Shown here: positions 1 through 13,693 of the stretch, one piece after another
Layout of the letters: every line of letters starts with the position of its first letter
Position numbering within the stretch: the first letter of the stretch is position 1
NCBI RefSeq assembly: GCF_009914755.1
Contig: NC_060929.1
Origin: the human T2T-CHM13v2.0 reference genome, Homo sapiens
Direction: 5' to 3' (one strand)
Length of the DNA stretch: 64,000 nucleotides
Notes under the pieces: generated by a model
Told to the model about the DNA's origin: nothing
Seen by the model: only the letters and a program-made list of their open reading frames with translations
The model's database searches: none
Position numbers and translations under genes: made by a program

Positions 1-440
1 TTGCAGACACAAATCTCCCAGTGTACTAAGAACCAAATACTAAAAAATTAGCGGCAGCTTTTCCAGTTCCCAGTGGATAACTCAAAGCTTTGCAAATACA
101 GTCCAGCCACCTAAAACATCCCAAGGATTTAATGACTGAAAAGAATTCATTTTTGGTGAAGTGTTTTTAAATCCTTCAATTCTGTAAGTAAGATTTCTAT
201 GCCCTAAGATGGTTCAGATTAATTTGTTTCAAAAATATTTTACTGCCACCCATGTCAATGGGTACATTTGATGTGGAAGGAGGACATAAGATAAGCAAAT
301 CTTCAATGTGCCCTTGAGGATCTTAAAATTCGGAGGGGAAAGTAAGGTCTGTACAGAAACTTCAAGGGAGAAAACATTAAGGGTCAAACTAATTATTCTT
401 ATCCTTTAATTGTCACAGTATACATTTGAAAACTAGAATC

Positions 441-600
441 TTTTTTTTTTTGACAGGATCTTGCTCTGTTGCCCAGGCTGGAGGGCAGTGGTGTGATCAT
501 CACTCACTGCAGCCTCCAACTCCTGGGCTCAAGTGATCCTCCTGTCTCAGCCTCCAGAATAGCTAAGACTATGGGCATATCACAACACTCTAGAATTTTT
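441..600 (-). mobile_element. AluJ/FRAM-like right-arm fragment
   Basis: Poly-T followed by GACAGGATCTTGCTCTGTTGCCCAGGCTGGAG...CTCCTGGGCTCAAGTGATCCTCC (AluJ-type); right monomer only. Confidence 0.85.
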
Positions 601-622
601 AATGGCTTAATGAAAATATTCA

Positions 623-906
<284 letters not shown>

Positions 907-936
<30 letters not shown>

Positions 937-1052
937 GAAAATATTCAAAACAACACTAAAATCATAAAAAAAAAGAAAAAGAAAATATTCAAAACAACAC
1001 TAAAATCATAAAAAAAGAAAAAGAAAAGAAAATATTCAAACCAACACTAAAA
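907..1052 (+). repeat. Three-copy A-rich minisatellite (44-55 bp unit)
   Basis: Unit TCAT(A)nG..GAAAATATTCAAAACAACACTAAAA at 907-961, 962-1005 and 1006-1052. Confidence 0.9.
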
Positions 1053-1529
1053 TAAGTTATCAGTAATTAGAATAAAATTGTACAGAAAAAAAGTCTACTA
1101 GTGTATGAGAACATTTACAGGACTAACATTATTCTTTGGTCAATACTTCAGCTCTTATTTATTGATTAGAACTCTTGTCTTCCCTGACCCCATCATTTTC
1201 CATACTCAGGGGTAAGGTTCCTGTGCAGAGGACATCTTTCTTTCATGCCTTGACTGTGTTCTACCCTCTTATTTTTCACATCAGTTGTGTCAAATCCTGT
1301 CTCATGTCAAATGAGGCACTTGGTTCAACATTTTATCAATACTGTAATATCATTTATCCTCAACGGTAAGGAAATATATACATTTTGCATTGAGTGTTGC
1401 CTTTTTATTGACAATGGATAGAGTGGCCAGCTGTCCCAGTTTTTCCAGAAATGAGGAGTTTCTTGGGATGTAAGACTTACAATGCTAAAATAGAAAAGTC
1501 CCTCACAATAGATAGGAAACCCAATCCTC

Positions 1530-1900
1530 AAATTGATTCAATTAAGAAAAAATATCCTTAGCTGATATATCAGGGAAGTCTGGTAGCTTCAGGCATGACT
1601 AGATCCAGAGGCTGGAAGGGCATCATCACAGTCTCTTTGTACTCTTGGTTCTGTTGCCTCCCTCCTCACATCCTGTGCTAGCTTTAATTCCAAACCCTAC
1701 ATAGTGACATATCAGCTGCAGGCTTAAATCCTCCCAGATTCAAATGTAGAAAAAAGGAGACATCTTTTCTCTTGTACTCCCAACAGTTTGAAGAAGCATC
1801 TAGATTTTATTGGCCCAAGTTGGGTCATATGCCCAGTCCTGACCCAATCCACAAGGCTTATGTGCCCATTCCCTAAGCCAAAGAAAAAGAAAGGCTGCTT
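1530..1900 (-). mobile_element. Old MaLR LTR (MLT1J/K-like)
   Basis: Motifs GCTTCAGGCATGACTAGATCCAGAGG and ATTGGCCCAAGTTGGGTCATATGCCC; boundaries approximate. Confidence 0.55.
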
Positions 1901-2738
1901 AGTTTAGGCCTAGGTGTCATGCTGACTTGTGTATCTAGATTGAAATTGGACCCACTGAAACCATGGGAACTCAGATGGAATATACAAGAGGTTCTCCAAA
2001 CGAAGCCCAAAAGAGAAAAAAAAAAATCAGTTCTAGGAAGCACACCCCTTTATCCCAGAATCCACACAGCAAAATTTGGTGGCATCCCTGTGAGATATTT
2101 CACATCACCAGTATGTGAAGTAGATCAGTTGAGAGCTATTGGCTTAAGAGAGGCCTGTAGAGAATGTTGATTAGGAGAAGCATTGACTTAAGGGAGAAGT
2201 TGACATGGCTGCACAGTAAGGGTGGGTTCATATCAATAATTCATAAACACTGATGCTGTTAATTTTAGGGTGACTTTTTAAAGACCTTCTATTGTTTTTA
2301 CTATGCTTCATAGTAAATTTTTCTGACTTTTGAATTCTGTTGTTGCTTGTTCTTGTTCCTAGGCAAAGGAATTGTGTGTTTTGAAGCCACAGACATAGAG
2401 AAGGCAGAGGCTACATGGCTGTCAGAGGAAGCTTGAATTGGTTAGTTCCAGGTTAGCCCATATATGCATTGGACAGTGTTCAAATTGCCTCATCTGCTTT
2501 TCACTGGAGTTTCAAGAATAGAAACTTGGCTCTGTCATAAAGTAATAAAATTCATTTCATTCTGGTCTTGAAGCCAATGGAGGCCAGAAATTTTTAATAG
2601 AATAAATACTTGATTAAAAATGAGAGAAATGATTTTAAATCATACTTTAGCTAACTTCACGGACTCTCTGGGGGATTAAGCACTCAATTTCATTAAAAAT
2701 AAAAATAAAAACAGGTGTGTCTACAAGACTGTACTTGT

Positions 2739-2856
2739 GGCCAGGCGCAGTGGCTCACGCCTGTAATCCCAGCACTTTGGGAAGCTAAGGCGGGTGGATC
2801 ACGAAGTGAGGAGATCGAGGCCATCCTGGCTAACACGGTGAAATCCCGTCTCTACT

Positions 2857-2887
<31 letters not shown>

Positions 2888-3050
2888 TTAGCCGGGCATG
2901 GCGGCGGATGCCTGTAGTCCCAGCTACTTGGGAGGCTGAGACAGGAGAATGGCGTGAACCTCAGAGGCAGTTTGCAGTGAGCTGAGATCGCGCCACTGTA
3001 CTCCGGCCTGGGCAACAGAGTGAGACTCTGTCTCAAAAAAAAAAAAAAAA
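2739..3050 (+). mobile_element. AluY-like, full length
   Basis: GAGATCGAGGCCATCCTGGCTAACACGGTG and GGCGTGAACC diagnostics; TSD AAGACTGTACTT at 2725-2736 and 3050-3061. Confidence 0.93.
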
Positions 3051-3249
3051 AGACTGTACTTTATCTAAATCATAGGCAGGAAAGAATAATAAAATAATCT
3101 TAAAATGCTTTTGTCCTCCCAGGAATGAAACAGCAGCCAAGCCTCAGTGTCCCACATGTGACTTATTCATTTTCAGACTTCTTGGGAATAAATAACATTT
3201 TGTACTTCTAGCATTCTTCTTGCTTTAACATAACCTGTTCTTATTTATT

Positions 3250-3370
3250 TCTCACAACAAATCTGTAAGGTTGGCAGATAATGTATTCTACTTTGTAGAT
3301 TGAGTAAACTGATGTAGACTACATAAATAATTTGGCCAAGATTACACAACTAGTTTGTGAATTTAAGACC
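3250..3370 (-). mobile_element. MIR fragment
   Basis: CTCACAACAAATCTGTAAGG...GTAGATTGAGTAAACTGA...CCAAGATTACACAACTAGT resembles the MIR core. Confidence 0.6.
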
Positions 3371-4859
3371 ACCCTCTAGGAAATTGTGAGTTTTTATTAT
3401 AACCACAAAATATCATCCCTGGTAACCTGCGTAATTTGGTAACTCTGCTTCTCCACAGGTTGACCTTCGTATGGAGTAATTCATTAATGTGTTCATTTAC
3501 TGAATGCAGCTGTTCTAAGGACTATGTTGGATGACGGAGATAGAGAGATAAGTAAGGCATACCTCCTGCCCCCAATAAGCTCTCAGCCTAATGTGATTTC
3601 CTTTCTTCATTTATTACCAGAAAGAGTTAAATATAAACAGCTTTTTGACTGTGCATCATTTCTCCTTTGTATACTCCTAATTATTATAAATTTAGACTGC
3701 AAAATAAATCTTAGTTGTAACTATGTACTATGTTCCAATAACTATGCTAGGCAAAATTTTCATTCAGCTTTCAAATCAGACGTGCAGAGCAAATATGGAT
3801 TATTCAGTTTGTTTATAAGTTATCTGATCTTCCCTCTAAGCCCAAGTACTTTGGTTAAAAACAAAAAATAATCAATTTTGTTCTAATTCCATTTAGAACT
3901 TAGTTCAGTCCATCTAATAATCTAAACAGTCCCTTAGGTAGTTGTTCAAACAACATTTAGGAAACAGGTCAAATTTTTGTAAATAGTTTCATTTTGAATG
4001 TCAGAGTTTGAATATCACTGCCCATTCTCTTTTTTTGTATTTTTTTTCTGAAACAAATTCTAACATTTACCTTCCCCAACCCATACCCCCTTATCATTAT
4101 TACCCCAAGAAGGCTATCTCAGTCTAACCAAGGAAAGAATCTTGGACCCTGAATGGATGAAAGGGAAAACATAATAATTTAAAAATTGTAGCTCCTGTGA
4201 AACATACCTTATCTCCCAAAATTTCCAAAGAAGCTCCAAGAAAGAGGTCGTATTCACAGATGAGTTAGCTGAGGTTTTTAACATATTTAAGGCCATGGAA
4301 CTAATTTATTTTGCCATGTACTTGATGATTTGGTCATACCACCGCAACTTCAGATGTGACCACACAGTCATCACAAGGACAGAGATGGCTCTGTGAGGAT
4401 TCCACTCTATGTGAAAGGGCAGCTTGCAGTCTGCTCTGCAGAGAATGCCTCCTTTATGTTACATGGTGCCTGGTGCATAGTAGGTACTCAGTAAATGTTT
4501 GTTCACCTCAGTGGAGCTGAGAGTTAATTCTTGCAGTGGATAGGGGATGGTTTTGTTTTTATTTTCTCAGTGTTTGTTTCTCTGAAATCCCTTACACGTC
4601 TGGTCCCAGAATCACCTACTGTCTGAGCTAGAAGGTATTTAGAAGTCATCTAGTCCCAAACTGGTATCTTACAGCTAGAGAAACCAGAGCACAGGGACAC
4701 GAAGCTGGGATGGCCAAGCTAGGGTTAGCCCAGGCTGCTGACTCCCAGGCCAGCTCTCTTCCCCTACCCCTCCCATCTGTAGGAAGCCTCCTGCTGCTGC
4801 TGCAGATGCTGATCATCACCACCACTGACATCATCATTATCTTCATCATCCCTCCTCAA

Positions 4860-5280
4860 TTTTATTGAGCTGGACATTCACAGCCTTTCAGGATTATTTT
4901 AAGAGCTTTATACATATTAATTTGTTTAAATCTCACAGTCTTACGAGGTGCATATACTTACTATCCCCATTTCACTGATGAAGAAATGTCTTGCCTTACT
5001 CAAGGACATGCTGCTGGTGAGTGGCAGAGCTACAGTTTAGATCCAGGCAGTCTGGCTCCACGGCCTATTATGCTACCCTTTACAAAAACTATTCATATTC
5101 TCTGATTTGAGTCTCACTATTATCCTTTCAAGTAAGAAATATTCTTCTCATTTAATGGAGGAGGAAATTAAGTTCAGGGCTATGAAGTGCCAAAGGTCAC
5201 CCAGCTGGCCAGTGGCAAAGCCAGGACTATGCCAGGTCTGTCTGACTTCAAGCCCAGCACTCCTTTTATCATACTATGCT
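4860..5280 (-). mobile_element. Two adjacent MIR elements
   Basis: ATCCCCATTTCACTGATGAAGAAA...GATCCAGGCAGTCTGGCTCC and GAGGAGGAAATTAAGTTCAG...AGGTCACCCAGCT. Confidence 0.7.
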
Positions 5281-5477
5281 ACCAGGAACTGCCCAGGCCC
5301 CATCCCATCCTTCCTGCCATCCCCTTTCCACTGCAGACATCTCATATATGCTTTCTGTGAAGTATTTCCCTCCATACTTTCCTTCTATTCAAAACATCTC
5401 AACTATGGTCTTATTCTGGCCTCACATCCACCTAGTCTGTAGTTAGAAATCAACCTGAAAAACCAATTCATGTGTAG

Positions 5478-5786
<309 letters not shown>

Positions 5787-7079
5787 TAACATGGGGTATA
5801 AGCTTAAGAAATAACTCTTTAGAAGTAGGACCTCAAGCAAGTGCTAGTCCAGCAGAATAGATGTCCCAAAGTTTTTCCAATGCCTCTGTCAATGGTACCA
5901 TATACCTGGTTGACCATAAAGGAAAACTGTTCTCTCCCTTCCCTGGGAAGGTGCTTGGCTTCAGGAAGCAGCTCAAAGCGTGATCTCAATCTACCTCACC
6001 TTAAATCAGCCATTCTCCTTTATCCTGAGAGGGAAGTGGCAGACAGGCCAGGGGCTCATGCACCATGCAAGAGAAGAGGAGTTTTTTCATTCTCTTCCCT
6101 GTTTCATAGCTATACTTCCTAGGGGAGAGCAGAGCTGCTGAGCTGGCTGGAAACAGCATCTTAGGCTGGAGGACAATAAAGCCACTTAAGGGCCAATTAC
6201 TCCTTAAAATGGAGAGACTGTCTGACCTCAAGGAGAGAAGTCTGAGAACCCAACATCCTACATCTCCATATAAACCATAGTCAGAGTGAAACCAACTAAG
6301 AGAAAGAAAAGTATAAAAAATAATCATTCATCTCATCACTAATATTACCGTGTACCTACACACTGAATTTACAAAAGTTATATACTGTTACCTTGGTCAT
6401 CACCTAGCAAGCATTTTAACTAGGTAAGTTTTTTGGGAAAAGATACTGTAATTTATTTTTTTTTTGAGGGGAGATCTTACACAGTGCCTGACAAATAGAA
6501 GAAATATTCAGGAAATATTTGTTGCTATTGAATCAATGATTCAATATGGTTTTCTTATTATACAGATTCTAAACTAGCCAAGTTAAACTTCTATTTTCAT
6601 TCTCATCTTGCTAATTTGCAAATATTTGCCAAGTGCCTCCTGTGTGCCAGGTGCTAGGATATGCATTTAAGAGCACACACAGTTGCTGTGACATTTGAGA
6701 TAATATAATCTAAGGAGAAGACTGCCAAAAAATAGTTATGAATGAGGTGAGTTATATAAAGGGGAAGCCATGATGTTGTGGGAGGGTAGGTTGGGCAGAT
6801 TCAGCTTGTTTGGGGCATTCATGACATCCATCTTCCCTGAGCAAAGGAGGCTTAATCTCTGAGATGAGTGGGGTTTAACGAGTCAGAAAGGAAGGGAAAG
6901 TAGCATCCAGGAATATGCAAAGTTAAATGCCAGAGAAAGAATGCCGCTTTAGAAGGAAAGAAAGAACAAAAGAAAGCAAGTATGATAGAAGTAAAAAAGA
7001 GATCAGGGATATGACCTTGGATGACTTCCAGGCCATGATTAAGCCATTAGGCTTTTTCATAAGAGGATTTTTAAAAGAC

Positions 7080-7427
7080 TGATATGGTTTAGCTCTGTGT
7101 CCCCACCCAAATCTCATCTTGAATTGAACTCCCATAATTCCCAGTTGTTGCGGGAGGGACCTGGTAGGAGATAATTTGAATCATGGGGGAAGTTTCCCCC
7201 ATACTTTTCTCGTGGTAGCGAATGAGTCTCATGAAATCTGATGGTTTTATCAGGGGTTTCCGCTTTTGCATCTTCCTCATTTTTCTCTTGCCACTCCCAT
7301 GTAAGAAGTGCCTTTCACCTCCTGCCATGATTCTGAGCTATGTGGAGCCGTAAGTCTAATTAAACCTTTTTTTTTCTTTCCAGTCTCTGATATGTCTTTA
7401 TCAACAGCATGAAAATGGACCAATACA
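7080..7427 (+). mobile_element. THE1A solo LTR (MaLR)
   Basis: TGATATGGTT...GACCAATACA termini; 5-bp TSD AAGAC at 7075-7079 and 7428-7432. Confidence 0.9.
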
Positions 7428-8839
7428 AAGACCTTCTGGCTGCCCCAGTGGAGGGCAGATGACCAAGGGTGGATAGCAGGAGGCTGCTGTACCACACAGA
7501 AGCAAAAGTGCGACAAGTGACTTTATTCACCAGCAAATAGAATTGCTCAGATGAACAACATATAAATTCCGGCAGCTACCAAGTCATTTTTGTAGCATTA
7601 TCTCCAGAAATCTTTAGAATTTGAAAAGGGAAATAATAAAAGCCTAGTAAATAGACAGCAAGATCAGATGCTGAGGGGTGTGTAGGAAGAATGAAACAAT
7701 TAGTCAGAGCTTGAATGCCCAGTGCCTTCTAAGTGACCATGAATATTCAGGTAAATGTGTCTGGCTGGAAGATTACTGAAACAGCAGGCAACCAGTGGAC
7801 AAAATGTACTCAAGTAAATCTTTAATTAATAGACAACGTGGTATTGACTGATGCCCTGTTAGGTTCTAAGCCTCGGTGTACAGATGGGAGCCAACATCCA
7901 GGCAAAAGATTAAATATTCAGTAACCATCTGGATAGGCCTTGCCAACACACCAGACGTCTGGATTGTTAGAAACATCTGGAATACTGACCTGACCTGCTT
8001 TTTGTATGTAAGTCGGCAGCGTTGCAAGTCCAGCCACAGGGACTGGGAAGGGTTACAATTATCCACCTGCTCTAGTAGGAGCCCAGAGAAATCTATGTTC
8101 AGGTAATTTGGATAGATTTCAATGCCAACACTTCCATTACCAATAATCTAGTTTTTCTTTTTTTATGCAAAAGACTTGACCTTAGAGTGTTATGCTAAAA
8201 TACCAATGCCTTTTTACGTCAGTTGTCTCTTCAAAGTACATCTAAATTTCTGTCTCCTTAAGTATGGTCAGCAGCTCATTATCTCACCATGTAAATTTTA
8301 GTGACTTCTGAAATTATCCTTCTTTGGACTGAGGCATCTAAGACAGGAACACCTGCCTTTGCTGAAGTCAGGGGCTTTCACAGTTCCTGGCAGAGTTGAC
8401 TTTGCTTATTGCTTCCTCTTAGATGCCAGGAACGAGTGCTTCCCTGCCTGGTCTCCTCCAGCCTCAAAATAGGATTAGAACTAGAATTTTAAGGGTGATC
8501 ACTAAGGCCTGATCAATAATCTTCTTAGAGACACTGAAAGCCAACTTGGAGGAAAGCTATGAAGATGATAGAAAATTCAGGAGCCTCAGAGTCTCACAGT
8601 TGAGACGGCCTCTGCCTATGCACTGAGTACATCTACAAGGCAGTGGAGTTCTATTTTTTGAAGTGAGTGGAGAAAGCAAATCAGAATAACTAACAAAAGG
8701 AACACATTTCCTCTGTTTTAAGACTTCTTTTCCAGTTAATCAAGTCACTCTTCAGTCTGCTAAATACAAGACTCTGTTGTAACTTAAAGGATGACATCCT
8801 CATCAAAATATTTGGGGATGTCACTCTGTATTGTATTGG

Positions 8840-9030
8840 CTTTAGATTTACGAGACATGAGTTCAAATCCTGATTCTGCTACTTCCTAACTGTTGGATGT
8901 TTTTAAGCCTAAAGTTTCTCATCTGTAAAGTGGAATTGGTAGAAGACACATCGTACAGGATTTTTCTGAGGATTAAATGTGATAATTAACGAAATGATTA
9001 ACATACTACTTAGCACTTAAGGAAAATTAA
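8840..9030 (+). mobile_element. MIR
   Basis: GAGTTCAAATCCTGATTCTGCTACTT...GTTTCTCATCTGTAAAGTGG...GAGGATTAAATG. Confidence 0.75.
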
Positions 9031-9553
9031 CTGTTGAGTTTTAAATAAAAGGAAACCTATCTTGAATTTTTTTGAAAATAAAATATCACCTCTAAATTAT
9101 TATTTGTATGAATTTTTTTGATATTCACATATGAAAGTGTACTTAGGGTCATATAGACCTCTATAATATGATAACATTGCTCTTGAGTTTTTTGTGTTTT
9201 TTGGATTTTATTTCCTCTGGTAGTGATCTAGAATATTGATATATTTCTGTGACTTTTCAGAAGGCTCTCCAGTGAGATAACCAAATATTTTTTCAACAAC
9301 TTGATAAAGTTAATTTAATAATCTTTAAGAAGCTAGTCACATAAATGTAATCTATTACAATCTTTTTTTCTGATTAGAGAAGTCATATACAATCATCATA
9401 AAGAATTAGGAAAAATATAGAAGGCGTACATAATATAATCATACATAATTACTTCACCAAGAGAAAAACATTAATAACAGTTAGATCTATGAAGGAACTT
9501 CAAAAAGGTCATGGAAAAATAGGATTAAAATATGAAAATAAAAAATACAAACT

Positions 9554-9713
9554 CTATTTCTCAACATAAACTTCATCAAGTTTAAGACACTTTTGTAAGC
9601 AATAATGCCAGCCATTTAGCTCATCCTTAAGGAACTGAGGGTCCCAGAAACTTAACTATGTCATTACAGTTTTTGCTACATTATTAGCTGAAAAAAATGC
9701 GTGCCCTTTATAC

Positions 9714-9754
<41 letters not shown>

Positions 9755-10923
9755 TCAGAGTCTTGTTCTGTCGCCCAGGCTGGAATGCAGCGGCACGATC
9801 TCTGCTCACTGCAGCCTCTGCCTCTCAGGTTCTGGTGATTATCCTGCCTCAGCCTCCTGAGTAGTTGGGATTACAGGCACACACCACCATGCCCAGCTAA
9901 TTTGTGTATTTTTAGTAGAGACGGGGTTTCACCATGTTGGCCAGGTCTCCAGCTCTTGACCTCAAGTGATCCACCTTCCTCGGCCTCCCAAAGTGCTGGG
10001 ATTATAGGCATGAGTCACCGTGCCTGGACCCTTTATAGAGTTTTTAAGATTAAAAACAAAGAAGTCAGAAGAAGCCAAATCAGAAACATAGGTTGTGTGC
10101 CTAATGATTTCCCATCAAAACTTTCACAAAATTACCTTTGTTTGATGAGAAAAATAGCAGGAGGATTGTTGTGATGGAGAAGGCCTCTCTGGTGAAGCTT
10201 CCCTGGGCGTTTTTCTGCTAAAGCTTTGGCTAACATTCTCAAAATACTCTAATAACAAGTAGACATTATCAATCTTTGGCCCTTCAGAAAGTGAATAAGC
10301 AAAATGCCTTAAGCATCCCAAAAAACTGTTGCCATGACATTTGCTCTTGATCTATCAATTTTTGTTTGACTGAACCACTTTTACCACTTTTACAAAGCCA
10401 TTGCTTTGTCTTCAGGATCATACTGGTAAAGCTATGTTTCATTTCCTGCTAAAATTCTTAGAAAAAAAATCCTTCTGGATCTTCATCCCACCTACTTAAA
10501 ATTTTTATTGAAAGCTATGCTTTCATCTGCAGCTGATATGGGCATAGAGATTTTTGGCACCCATCAAGTGGAAAGTTTGCTTGACTTTAATATTTCAGTC
10601 AGCATTGTGTAAGCTGAACCAAATAAAATGTGTGTGGTGTTGTCTATTGTTTCTGCTGTTAATCACCAGTTGTCTTAAATTAGGGCATGAACAAGATTAA
10701 TTTTTCCTCACAAATTGATGTGGGTGGTCTGCCTCTGTGAGCTTCATCTTCAACATCATCTCATTCTTTCTAAAGACAAGTTATCCATTTGCAAGATGCT
10801 GATTCCTTTGGGGGCACTATCCCCATAAACTTTTCATGAAGCATTGATGATTTCACCATTCTTCTGCCCAAGCTTCACCATAAACTTGATGTTTGTTCTT
10901 GCTTCAGTTTTAGCAGAATTCAT
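9554..10923 (-). pseudogene. Hsmar2 transposase pseudogene
   Basis: ATG at 10923 (MNSAK..EARTNIKFMVKL) to stop at 9554; in-frame stops, frameshifts and an Alu insertion; GDETW reads GNET* and HHDN reads HHNN. Confidence 0.88.
9716..10029 (-). mobile_element. AluS (Sx/Sz-like) inside Hsmar2
   Basis: T38 tail; TSD CCTTTATACACTTTTT (9705-9720) / CCTTTATAGAGTTTTT (10030-10045). Confidence 0.92.
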
Positions 10924-12450
10924 GTTGCTCGGATAAAAGCTAATTTAAAACTGATGTCTTATCCTTCTTAGTGCCTCAAACTAGATCCTGTTCAGATATG
11001 TTATGAGAAGTTAGCATGAGTTAATTTTGGTGCAAAAACTTTTTGAAATCCATGCATAATTTTTATACATAATGCATGTTTTATGTAAACTTTTTGAAGT
11101 CTCCTAATTCCTTGCTGTCTTTTTTCTTTTTGTGTGTGTGCACATGTGTACCCATGTGATTATTAATATTTAACACAATTGGTGTCACCATATATTGTGT
11201 TGCATCCCAATTTATAAAATTAGAAATATTTCCTGGTATCCTTGATTATTTTAAGTAAACTCGAATGTTCAAGACTGCCTAAGATTTTATCCTATTGGTC
11301 TGTCTTAATGTATTTAAGCATGGGAATTTATTCAAGATTAGAAATTGGGTAGAACTTTGAGATTTCCAATGGCCTAAGCCAAGGACTTCTGCTTTCTTAT
11401 TCAAGGAGAAAAAATTGAGGATTTGTTAGAAGGCTATTGTCTAAGTGATAATAAATTTGGATCAGAGAGGTTCCTAGAAGATTTCAAACATGAGTAATTT
11501 AATTGGCTCTGTTATCAACTTATTTCTCCTGAGATGATGAAATTAGTGGCTATCTTCTTTTATCTTGAATTTTTAAAAAAGTTGCAAACTTTGTAGTTTT
11601 TCTTTTCAAAGGGAAAATTGTGACAATTGGGATCTCTGCCTGCTTTCATCTATTGGAATTCTAAGGCAAACTGAAGGTGCAAGAGATTTAGAAGGTCTAA
11701 TAAAGAAGAACAACTTTTCACATTCCGGAAGTTTTGGAAGATGAAGTCTTTCTTTCTCTAGTTGATGCTAAATGTGGAGCTAGAAGGAGAAGATTCATGG
11801 AAGGGAACTTGAATTCACACCATGAATAAATTAAGCTTGATTCTTTTATCTGTAGACATATAAAAAAATCTTAAGAAATCAAAATGAAACATTGATGTGG
11901 CTGCTTTACAAAAATAGTAATAATTGCTGAAACCTACAAGTCCTAGAAATAGAGATTTCACAAAGTCCTTCCATTCCTCCTCCTGCCTGGTTCCTTTGCT
12001 GTAACTCTAGTTCAGAGCGGTCCCTCTAGGCTTACCTCCAAGCCTCTCTCTTTTGCCCGGTGTGTCCTGGAATAGCTGAGCACAACAAGGTAGGAGGTGA
12101 AACAGAGCAGAATATATGCAGCACTTGCATATTCACTTTCCGGCACATCTGTGGAGGTTCTGAAGTTTGAAGTAGCAAAAACACAACTGAAGTGCCATTA
12201 TTACAGATTTCAAGAACCCAGCTTTCTTTCTTTCTTTTTTTGTTTTATTTCAATATGTCAACTTAATGGCTTCTAGTGAATCTCCAAATGGAATTTGGAT
12301 TCGATCTTCCCAAGTATCATTACATTTCTCCAGAGTCTTGTGGATCCTGGAACATAGAAGCAAATGAATTAAATGAAAGGTAAAATCCCTTCCCTCCAAA
12401 TCTCTCCTCTCAATAGTCCCTTTGTTTAATATTTTATTTATTCGTTCTTA

Positions 12451-12837
12451 TGTGGTAGATTGAGTTATTGGCCCTAAACATTCACTTCCTTAATCCATAC
12501 CCATTGAATCCAGCATCCAATTTCATTTACTCGTTTTGACCAATGGGATGTGGATAGAAGTTACAGTGTTGTACCGGCTTTGAGCGTAGGCTTTAAAAGG
12601 CATCATATGTTTCTGCTTGCCCTCTTATGCACCTATCTTTTACCATGAAAGGAACATGTTAGACTGCTAATCTAAGAAGGATGAGAGACATGCAGCAAAG
12701 TACACCTGCAATTCAAAGCCAAGCTCAAGCTAATTATGTCCAGAAGGCTTTCAGATGCATTGTGAAATAAGTGCTTATTGTTATATATCACTAGAAATTT
12801 ATGACTGTTTCTTACACAAAAATCACTGACTGACACA
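12451..12837 (+). mobile_element. MLT1H-like LTR
   Basis: TGTGGTAGATTG...TTGACCAATGGGATGTGG...CTGACTGACACA termini and interior motifs. Confidence 0.7.
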
Positions 12838-12980
12838 TTTATGTATGCATTTATTCTTCTTTCAACAACCACTTATATAGTATTTATGATCTGTGAGGCA
12901 ATGTGCAATGTAGGTACTAGGAAAACAACAAAATGAAATATAGTCCTTGCCCTTATAGAGCACATTTTATAGCAAGGAAA

Positions 12981-13342
12981 TGTCTTAGTCAGTTTGGGAT
13001 GTTATAAAAAAAAATACCATAGACTTGTACTGGGTTGCTTAAACAACAAACATTCTGGAGAATAAGAAGCCCAAGATCAAGTCAGCAACAGATCTGGTGT
13101 CTGGTGAGGGCCCACTTCCTGGTTTGCATTTGGCTATGTTCTTCTTGTATTCTCACTTGCTAGAGGGCAGAGAGAGAAGTAAGCTCTCTCATGTCTCTTC
13201 TTATAAAAGTACTAATCACATTAACGAAACCCCACTCGCATAACCCTAATTACCTTCCAAAGGCCCCACCTTCACATATCATCACATTGGGGATTAGGCT
13301 TCAACATACAAATTTTGCAGGGGCACATTCAGTCCATAGCCA
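12981..13342 (-). mobile_element. MLT1A0-like solo LTR
   Basis: TGTCTTAGTCAGTTTGGG...CATTCAGTCCATAGC; TSD GGAAA/GGAGA; sits in L2-like sequence. Confidence 0.82.
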
Positions 13343-13693
13343 GGAGATAAGTAAATATCCTCGGTGTTATGAGAGTGGAAAGTACAGGGTATCATGGGAA
13401 AACAAAGGAAAGGTATCTAGCTTCAAGAAAGAAAAGTGATATCCTCTTGTCTAGCTCAGAGTAGACCCTATTTATGAAATAAATTTTGAATAAAAATAAT
13501 GACTTCCCTAACACTGGAAGAATAAGTAGTGAGGTTTACAGAAATAGAATAATAGGGAAGGCAGAGGAATTCGGGAGAAGTGCTTTAGTCACAGGAAACA
13601 CAGGGGCAAAGGCCATGACACCAGAAGTAATCAAATATGTATTCAACTCTCAGGCATCACTTTGAGATTGTTGCACTTAAACCTATAAATACT

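Larger units (their letters stand above)
9488..11108 (-). mobile_element. Hsmar2 mariner DNA transposon, full length, interrupted by an Alu
   Basis: Degenerate terminal inverted repeats share the core ACTTCAAAAAG (near 9500 on +, near 11090-11100 on -); the interior translates on - to mariner motifs WVPK, LYQYDPED and DLASSDF. Confidence 0.93.
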
